NCBI GenBank assembly: GCA_905178155.1 | Contig: CAJINV010000008.1 | Location: 1,550,001-1,614,000 of the forward strand | Length of the DNA: 64,000 nucleotides | Direction: 5' to 3' | Source of the DNA: Amoebophrya sp. A120 | Lineage: Eukaryota; Protista; Dinoflagellata | Position numbers and translations under genes: made by a program | Shown: positions 55,186 to 64,000 of the stretch, in pieces | How positions within the stretch are numbered: the stretch's first letter is position 1 | How the letters are laid out: each line of letters starts with the position of its first letter | The notes under the pieces: model-generated | What the model saw: only the letters and a program-made list of their open reading frames with translations | What the model was told of the DNA's origin: nothing | Databases searched by the model: none

Positions 55186-58100
55186 CGAACAGACACCCTC
55201 TCGCGGGCCTCCGCCCCCGAAACAGCGTTCGCAGCAGCAGTAATCTACAGTTGGCGCAGCAGTGGATCTTCACGCCGCTCTTCAGTAGTAGTGACGCCAG
55301 CCCGATCTTTAGCAGCGGCGCCGGGTCTTCGCGCGTGCGTCGCAGGAGAGTTTCAGTAGGCCGAAACCGCCGCTGGAGCAACAGTTTAGAGGCAAATCTT
55401 AACCACGACCTCCGGCCCGACTGGGCTCCAGGGTTTAACTGCTTGCGGCGAAAAGCTCCCGTGGAACATGAGTGGGGCGGGTAACCCGATGATCGCGAGG
55501 GGAGGCGGCGCCAGCAGCAGCTCCAGCAGCTCCAGCGCGGGCAGGGCACCCCAGTACCACGGCCATGGCGCCCAAAACAACAACGCCTGGGGCGGCTATT
55601 GGCACCCCGGAGACGGGACGCAGGGATACGACCAGCAGTTCTATGGCGGCGGCCAACAGCACCACTTCTACCGCGGGGGCGGCCAGCAGCAGCATCTCTA
55701 CCGCGAGGGCACTTCGCTGTACCAGGGACACCCGGCGGGACAGAGCGGCGCCTACTGGGGGGGCCAGCAGCAATATCCTGTTTCAGCAATGCCGCCGCAC
55801 CAAGCCCCGCCCGGACTCCCCCCACCAGACATCCCACCCGACCCCTGGATCAGCCAACAGCACTACACGCAGTTGCCGCAGGTTGTAGCTCCGCAGACTT
55901 TTGTTTACCCAGGACAGTCACGTAGCGCCATGGTGCCGCAGCTATCCGCGGGCAAGGGGAACAAGGCGGAAGCAGACGGCAGTAGCGACGACGAGGAGCG
56001 GATCCCCGAGCAGCAACCGGCGAGCGGTCCGAAAGACATCGGGAAGCCGCCAGCGGCAAGGGTGCCGCTCCGGCAAGACGGGCGTCTCCTAGCGGCGGAA
56101 GGCAGCAGTTTGCCCGCACCCCCTCCCCAACATACCACCAAATACATAGTATTGCGAAGGGAATATAACTACAGCCACTTGCTCGGGGTTTTTATGATCT
56201 CGGCCCTGTTGGTTTCGTTGGTAGCAAAGTGGCTAATACAGCCGGAGCCACTCGCGCCGGAGCTCCGGCGGCGGATAGAAGACAAACTTGCCAGGGGCCT
56301 GGCGCTGACCCTGGACGAGGAACACCTCCTCCGTCTGGGGGCTCAGGTCGCAACGACGGTTCGCGTTTTCGACGTCATGTTGCTGGTCTTTGGTTCCGCG
56401 CTCGCGTTGTTGGTGTATGACCGCGCCACAGGCGCGCGCAGCCCCTGGAACACACACTGCGAAAAAGCAGAGCACCCGCAAGAAGTAGGGTTCGCCAAAA
56501 AAGAAGAAAAAAAAAAGGCCACACCAGCCGCCGCCGAAAGCCGTGGCACAGAGCGCGAGAAAGAAAGGCGTGGAGAAGAAGAAGACGGAAACGGCGAAAC
56601 GGCCGCGCTGCTCAGGCAGCTGGCACAGCGCACGGGCTTCGGTCTGTTGAGCGCGGCGGCGGACGTCGCGGCAGCGGTGCACACGGTCACAGAAGCGGTA
56701 GACAGCGCGTCCGCCAAGTTCAATGACCTCGTTAACCCACCGGCCAGGCTAACAGGAAAAGGAGCAAAAGCCGCAGGCCAGGCGGCGTCACAAGTAGCTG
56801 GCGGCCGCGAGACAGAACAGAGACAGGCGTCGCAAAGAAGAACAGGCCAAGGGGAAGAGCAGAGGCAGGAGCCGCCCGCGAGGCCGGCGCAGGAAAGAGA
56901 AAAAAGGAGAAACAAAACGCCGAGGCTCCACCCCAACAACACGCTGAGAGGCGCAAGCACCGCCTTCGTAGAGGTCGAGGACGAGGACGACATCATGTGG
57001 ACGCGCACCCACAGAAACGGCGCTGTCGACCTGATGCCGGGGGAGAGCAAGCGGAGCCTCGTAAACCGGGGCGCCTTGACGGAGCAAGAGGTCCGCGAGC
57101 GCTTCTACGGCGAAAACAGCCAAGAAGCAATTGCGGGCAGGCAAAGGCTAGCGCAGCGAGAACAGAGGCAGCAGCACCCGAGCGCGGGGGCTGCGAGCAG
57201 TAGCAGCAGCAGCAGGAAGGCACGCCCAGCGCCGTCCCAGGACGAACAGGCGAAGGAAGACAGCACGGACGCGTGGGGCAGGCCACTAACAGTGCCCTGC
57301 AGCCATCGCTTCGACAAGACAACGGAACTTCTCTGCCACGACATCACGCCGGACAAAGGGACACCGGACAAGCGGTACGAGTGCACGACCTGCCGGGAAG
57401 ACCCAAACGCCAAAAGGGTCTACCAGGTAGGGCGGGTCAACGCTTTGAAGGGTATGCTGAGCCATGCCGCAGAAGAGCACCCGGAAGTCACGCGCGTGAT
57501 GTTGCCAGCGTACCCGAGAGGGATACACACCGGCGGGGGCCCGGCGCAGATGTCCCACTACAAGGTGGGTTACGTCCAGGAGGCGCCGCGGGAGGTGGCG
57601 TTAGACTTCGCCATCCCGGACCTCCCATCCCGAACCGAGTGGGCCGGAGAGGTAGGAGTGCAGTGGAACTGCCAGAGCGTCCGTTCAGAAAAAGCAAAAG
57701 CAGCAAAAGCGCCAGGCCTGCGGAGGTTGGTCCGGGGGGTAGACAGCTCCCTCATCTTCCTGCAGGAGCACTGGCGCGAAACGGAGGAAGAGTTCGGCGA
57801 GTTCGTGCGCTTGTTGGGGGACGAGTTCGTGCTGGTATCGTTCTCCCCCGCAACGTCAGGCAGCGGCGGAAACGCGACATACGGGGGCGCCGCCGTAGTA
57901 GCGCACAAAAACGTAAAGGCAGAAGACGCGAAGGACGGTTTTCAGTGGAACACGAAAGAAGGAGGCCGGCACAACTTAGCAGCCGCGCACGTCTACAGTG
58001 GCACAGCGAAGAGCGCAGCCTTCACAGGTGCAGCAGTGTACACCGCCCCCGGGGCGAAGGGGCTGCCACTGCCGAAGGGCAAGAACGGGGACGAAGTCTT

Positions 58101-59564
58101 CTTCAGCTGGGACGTCAACGGCCACAGCACAGCAGTTTTTCCACCGGCGGAGCGGGACGACCAAAGGGGTAGCGACGTCGAACAGTTTGCACTAGACCAA
58201 GGCCTCGCGACATTCGCGAACCGGGAGACGCCAACGCGACCCAGTTCGGAAACCAGTCCGGACTGGCTCTTGATGTCTGACTCACTAGCAGCGCGGGCAT
58301 TTGCAGTGCAGCCAAACGGACCGGCAGTAGTACCACTAGCGAGCGACCACAGCGCGCTGGTGTTCTGCATCCCGCAACCGGCAGCGAGGACAGGAGCCCA
58401 GGGGGCAAGCAGCACCAGCACGAGCAGCGCCGCGGGAAGCGGCTCCGCACACCAGGCAGGGAAAGCAGAAGGAGTAGCAGACGCGGGAAACAGCAGTGCA
58501 ACAGGCACCAAAGGCCCAGGCGGTTTCCTCTTCGGAGGGGGCGGCACAGCAGGCGCGCAAGGCCGGCAGCAAGGCGGAACGCCGTCAAAAACGAGCGGAG
58601 CGGCGCGCAGAAAGCAGAGAAAGGAAAAGAAGGCGCAAGCAAACAACAAGGCGACCGAGCCCCGCGGCTTTCGGCTCGGGAAGTGGGTGGCGAGCTGGGT
58701 CGCAGCGGCTCCCTTGGTGCAGTCGTTTTTCGCAGGCCCGCAACTACCAACACCGACCCCAGTCCAGTCCCTGTCAGAGCAAAAGGAAACAATAGTAACG
58801 CGGAAGCAGACGAAGCTGGTGTTCGAACGAGCCGACTGGGACCTGTACCGCGAGGAGTTTACGAATTTCCTAACCGCCAACGCGCCGACGGAGGGGACAC
58901 CGCTGACCAAGCAGGCCGAGTTGTTTCGCAAAGCAGTAGTAACGGCGACCGCCAAGGCCGTTCCGAGGGTCTCGGTGAACCCCAAGAAAGTGAAGCCACG
59001 GAGGAAGCACCACGAGCCCACGGAGCTCGAGGCCGCAATCGTTCGCCGAAACGAATGCGCCCGCCGGGCCCACGCAGCAGAGGCCGGGGACGAGCGAGCC
59101 CGCTGGCAGAAGGAGACGAAGCTAGCAACAAGGGCCGTGCGGGCAGCAGAGAACGAGAGGCGGCGCAAACAGTTCCGGGAGAAAGCAGAGAAGGCGCAGG
59201 CAACAACGAGCGGCGCTTTCCAGCTGTTGCGAGAACTCGAAGCGGGCGGCAGACCGTTCACGGGGGCGGCCAAAGTGCTGAAGTTCGAGGGCGAGTCCCA
59301 TGCCACAGGGTTGCCGACGGTCTTCGCAAAGCACTACGCCTCCTTGCCGACGTTGGACGAAGCAGAGGAGCAGACCGCGAAAAGAGAAGCAGAAAAAATC
59401 TTCAACACGGAGATAAAGCCAAGCACACGGATCGAGTTCACGCTCGACGAGGTAGAAGCAGCACTGGTCTCGCAGTCGTCAACGTCGGCGGGGGGCCCGG
59501 ACGGGCTGAAGGGGCCGCAGTTTAAGAACTTGCCCACAGCAGGGAAGAAGTTTCTTCGCGGTTT

Positions 59565-60178
59565 CGCGGAGAGCCAGCCCCGGCGGGCGACTGCCTAAAT
59601 TCCCGCTATTTTTTGAACCGCCCAAGCCCTAGCCTGGGCGAGCAAGCCCGCCCCGGGCAATAGGCCGAGGCGGGCCGCCTCTGCTGGGGACACAGGCGGG
59701 GCGCGGGCGACTTGCAGAACGCAGACGCCTGAGCCCATCGCCGGCGACCCGCCTGAAAGGCGCAGTGACGAAGCAACTGCGCCGCCGGCCCTTTCAACCG
59801 TTCTTGACCACGTCCCGAAATTTTCTAAGTTTGCGCCTAAATTTCAGAGCAACGGCCGACATAGGCAAAATCGCACGCAAATAAAAAAACTGGGCAAATT
59901 AGACAAAAAATAGACAGCAGCCGAAGCTGCCAAGGCCGCTTTTTGGACAGAAATTAGACAGGAAAATAAAAAGGAAAATAGACAGGAAAATAGACAGAAA
60001 AATAGACAGGAAAATAGACAGAAAAATAGACAGGAAAATAGACAAAAACTTAGACAGGAAATTAGACACGAACTTAGACAAAAACTTAAACAGGAAACAC
60101 ACGCCCCCGCAAGAGCGCCGACTGTAGGAAAAATAGCGGGAAAATAAAAAGCCTGGCGCCGGGGGCGGCTCTCAGTGA
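59565..60178. mobile_element. 614-bp TIR element with 12-bp minisatellite, inserted in the LINE RT
   Basis: TSD CGCGGTTT at 59557-59564 and 60179-60186; imperfect IR GAGAGCC..CCCCGGCG; AAATAGACAG(G/A)A array at ~59950-60097; removal gives KFLRG|FFSDCVNTG. Confidence 0.85.
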
Positions 60179-61543
60179 CGCGGTTTTTTCTCCGACTGTG
60201 TGAACACCGGAGGAACGCCGCAAACGCTGAAGCGGGAGTTGCTGAAGCCACTGCTGAAACCGTCCAAGCCGGTCGACAAACCGAGCTCCTACCGACCAGT
60301 AGCCTTGACGCCAATCCTGGCCAAGCTGTTAGAGCGCTGCGTCCAAAACCGCACCCGGCTCCTGTTTGCACAAGCAGGGGCGCCAGTTCGTTCCCACCTG
60401 CAGTACGGCGACTGCAAGCACCGAGGGGCGGCGGAACACGTCGCCACGCTCTCCGCGAGGGCACAAAAGACGTTCCGCGCCGGCAAGCGTAGAGCTTTGG
60501 TGTTGATCGACCTGGAAACCGCCTTCGACCGAGTGAACAGGCACAAGTACGCGCGCCACGCGTTAAAGAATGGCGCGCGCCTCCCGGAGGACAAAAGAGC
60601 AGAACACGCGTTGCTAGTCAGGTGGACGCGGAACTTTTGCGGCGACCGCACAAGGGTCGTCGAGTACGCAGGAGGGCGAAGCGAGGCGCACAAAATCCCG
60701 CAAGGAGTACCACAGGGGACGGCCATCGGGCCCACGGTTTTCTGCGACTTTTTCGAGCTCGCGGAAGTATTGGAGGGCACGGGATGCGAGGTCTTCTTGT
60801 ACATGGACGACCTCGCAATCTCGGTCGAGTACGACGATCCCGAAGAAGCAGAGAGAAAGCTACAGGCGGCGCTGGACCAGTTACACGACTGGTGCCGGCG
60901 GAACAACATGTCGCTTTCACCCACGAAGTGCACACTCACGGTGCTCCAGCGGGTTTTCCAACAAGAGGAGAAGGAGCTGAAGCTGTACACGCACAGCGGA
61001 GCGGGCACCGAGCTGCCGTATGAGTCGCATCCAAAATTCCTAGGGATCACGCTAGACCGCGAAATGATATTTCGCAAGCACACCGAGAAAATGCTAGGAA
61101 AGTTGCGGCGCCGCATGGTAGCGGTGCGGGCACTCGCGCGGCTCCCGTGGACACGCACAGCAGATGTCCGAGTCTTCTTCCGTTTATTCTGTGATAGCTT
61201 ATTCCGGTATGGCCTCGGCTCGTACTACTTCGCACTACCACAAAAGTGCAAACAGGAGCTCGACAGGTTCCACAAGCAGGCGGCCAGGAGCATACTAGGG
61301 CTCCCGAGGACAACGAACGGCGACTGTGCATTGCATGAGGCAGGTCTCCAACCACTCGAAAACCTGGCAAAAGAAGAAGCAGCTGCTTCGCTAGCGCGTG
61401 GCATGTCGAGGGAGAAAACGGACCCGCTGCGCGAGCAGGTCGAAGCAGCAGCGGGACAGGTCGACTGGGTGACGGCGGCAGCCGACGCGCTACGGGCTTC
61501 GGCGCTACCGGAGGGGTGTGAGGTTCTAGCGGAACCCGGGGCA

Positions 61544-62811
61544 TCAGGCTGCCGGCCCCGGGCAAGCTGCCCGGTTTTCAATTGGTTTGAAAGAGCATTA
61601 ATGTAAAAGCGGAAGGGGGGCCAAACAAATGCGCCAAAATGCCGGCGCGAATGGCCAGGGGGAAGGCGTGACACATTGCCCAAACAGACAGGGGGCGAAC
61701 GCAGCCGGTGGCTGCGGCCGCGCGAGGGCAACCGGGGCCGACTGCCTGCGGGCCCATCGCGCCCAAGGCTTCTGCGCCCGGTCACGAAACGGAAACAGGA
61801 CCCGGCAACAAAATGTGGCAAACCAAGACCCCCAAGGGGTCTGCGAAACATATGCAACACAGCGGGGCGACGCTGGCAAAGCACCAAACGGAAGCCCCCG
61901 GCAAAAAAATCCCACAAAGAATCAGGACAAGACACGGCAGGGGCCGCAAGGGCTGCGCCGCAAAAACCCACCCAACAAAAACGGCGCCCAAAAACAAAAG
62001 CCCCGGGCCGCCCCGGTTTTTGTGCAGCCCACGCCCAAAACACTGCGAGTTTTCTGGCTTCTCCAGTTTGGGTTTCCACTGTGATTATTGTGTTAATTTG
62101 TGGTTTAAATTTTGTTTATTTTGTGTTTTAATTTTGCATTAAAATTTGCATTAATTTGTTGGGGGTGCGAAATCCCTAAGGATTCGCCTAGTTTTCAAAT
62201 TAGTGCAACTTTTATTGCAAATTTTATTGCAAAGATTATTGCAAAAATTATTGCAGAGGTCGGGCCGCGGGATTTTGCGAAAAACGTTGCAAGTCCTGCC
62301 GCCTCCTCTGCAAAAACCCTCGACCCCTTCTGACCCACAAGAGCCCCGCTACCAAGCAAGGGCCGCAGGTTGGGCCGGGGTCGGCTTCCCGGTACCGGCG
62401 GGCGACACCCTGCCCCCCTTGGGGCCCCTTAGGAAAAAACAAGGCAAAACCCAGGCCCCGGGCCGAGAAACACGACCACGAAAGCGCCACCCGAGAAGCA
62501 ACCCGGCGAAACCCGTCCCCGGCGGCAAGCCGGGCGATTTCGGCAAGGCAAATGGCAGGCCTGCGCCCTCGCGGCGGACCCAGAAGCCAAATGCGGCACC
62601 CGTTGGCCTAGGGAACAAAAGGACAGGGCCTCCGGGCTCCATTAGTTTCCCCCCCGGGGGCAACGCGCGGCGCCCTTCGGGATTTCCGAAAAGCAAACCC
62701 CTTCCCAATCAATAAACAAAGCCAATGGGACGAAACCCGGCGCAACTTTTTTATTAGTGCTTTTTTACGCTGATTTTATTGGCCCGAATTTGCCCGGGGC
62801 TGGCTGGCTGA
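61544..62811. mobile_element. 1,268-bp TIR element inserted between RT and RNase H
   Basis: TSD GGGGCA at 61538-61543 and 62812-62817; IR TCAGGCTGCCGGCCCCGGGCAA / TTGCCCGGGGCTGGCTGGCTGA; removal gives EPGA|LPQHG in frame to YTDGS. Confidence 0.85.
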
Positions 62812-64000
62812 GGGGCACTCCCGCAGCACGGCCTGAGCACAGTACACGCCGCAAAAGAAGCCGGGAGGCTAACGGTCCGCACAACCGGAACGACGGACGA
62901 GGAGTTGCGACAACTCACCACAGCGGCAGACGTCTCGCTGTACACGGACGGTTCAGTCAAGGACTTCCAATGTGCCGCGGCCGTAGTCGAAGACGCGTGG
63001 GACAGGTACAGAGAATACGGCTGGGCAACAACGTCCTACGGGGACTCGTTCGACGCGGAGCGAGCAGCTCTGCTGGGGGCCCTGGCCACCATAGCAGAGA
63101 GACCGGCAGGGGAAGTCCGCACAGCGGTCGTGGTCACAGACTCGCAGTCCAATCTCGAGGCGCTCCAAAACCCAAGAATTCGGGACGGCAGTGACCTGCT
63201 GCTCTACGAAACGCTACGGGATGCCCTGGAGAAACTAGGACCCGCGGGACACCTGTCGCTGGTGTTCACAAAGTCGCACAGGAAGGTCGTAGACGGCAAC
63301 GAGGTCGCGGACAAGCTCGCGACCATGGCCAGGGAGCAAACCGACTACACCGAAGTCGGTGCGAGGGTCACGCACAGACAAGCCAAGCGGGAGGTCGCGA
63401 GGTCCCTGCGGCAGCAAAAAAAGAAGGAGCTGCAGGACAAGGGAAAACAGACAGGAGGGTCCAAGACCCACCTGCATGACACTCCGCCAGGTGTCCAACT
63501 TCGCAGCCAACCCGGTCGACAGCGTGGCACACGCGACGAGGGCGGACGAAGTCGCCTACAACGCGGCAAGGATGGGCCTGCTGGTTTCGGACATAACCGG
63601 CAGAGACTACGCCTGCCCGTTTTGTCAAGGGCGGACACAGAACCCACCGGCAGCAACGACGGCGCACTTGGTACAGGAGTGCCCGGCCCTGCAACACCTC
63701 CGGGCGGTAGACCCGTCCAACCCGGGCGAATTCCGGTCCGCGGCGCTGCAGGAGGACCCGTTTTGGGGCATCGAGTTCATCAGGTTGTTGCGGCGCGCGC
63801 TACAGCCGGGTGGGGAGCTCGATGACGATGCAGACTGGGACAGCGACACCGAGGACGAGACGCAGCAACACAATGCCGGGGCCGAACTTTTCAGCGCAAA
63901 CAAAGCGCCACCAGGACTCCACCCACCGCTTTCTCCCCCCCAAACACACTACCACGGGCGCGGGGTTGTGGAGGGGGCGTGGGGGGGTCCTGACCGGTAT

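Larger units (their letters stand above)
55468..64000 (+). mobile_element. Non-LTR retrotransposon, single long ORF APE-RT-RNase H-CCHC (Ingi/I-group architecture); two insertions and one frameshift; 3' end not resolved in the window
   Basis: APE: VQWNCQSV, FLQEHW, WDVNGH, PDWLL, SDHSAL. RT: YRPVALT, DLETAFDRV, GVPQG, YMDD at 60800, KFLGITLD. RNase H: YTDGS, TDSQS, GNEVADKLA. CPFC..HLVQECP in a shifted frame after ~63475. Confidence 0.93.

Noticed and set aside
59565-62811. LINE interruptions as unpolished read noise
   Set aside because: Both have TIRs and exact TSDs, and their removal restores the frame; the noise explanation remains open only for 48988-49689 and ~21080-21480

Overview
Eukaryotic nuclear DNA. 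The compact genes, all on one strand, and the inverted-repeat non-canonical introns suggest a syndinean dinoflagellate such as Amoebophrya (inference). Positions 2205-48810 hold seven + strand genes: a hypothetical membrane protein, an EF-hand polycystin/TRP-type channel, an mL49/Img2-like mitoribosomal protein, a DYRK kinase, a TPT/SLC35-family transporter, an SFT2/Got1-family protein, and a ~3,900-aa Cys-rich WSC/C-type-lectin/PAN protein. The dominant signal is 43 transposon-like inserts from about 10 sequence families, almost all 108-392 bp, all inside coding exons. They have TAT...ATA ends, terminal inverted repeats (TIRs) and a shared GCATNACAAA motif. 38 have a recognisable 5-bp target-site duplication (TSD; 34 perfect). 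Removing the element plus one TSD copy restores the reading frame and conserved motifs, yet no junction register gives GT-AG. They therefore behave as orientation-independent non-canonical introns (introners), or as IES-like DNA excisions, alongside 13 ordinary GT-AG introns. All four single-base TSD mismatches are synonymous. Positions 1-2110 and 48.9-64 kb are repeat and mobile DNA. They include a 1.06-kb insert with a 14-bp TSD and a non-LTR retrotransposon (APE-RT-RNase H-CCHC) with an unusual membrane-anchor-like N-terminus, interrupted by two TIR elements. All coordinates were read by hand and no searches were run.
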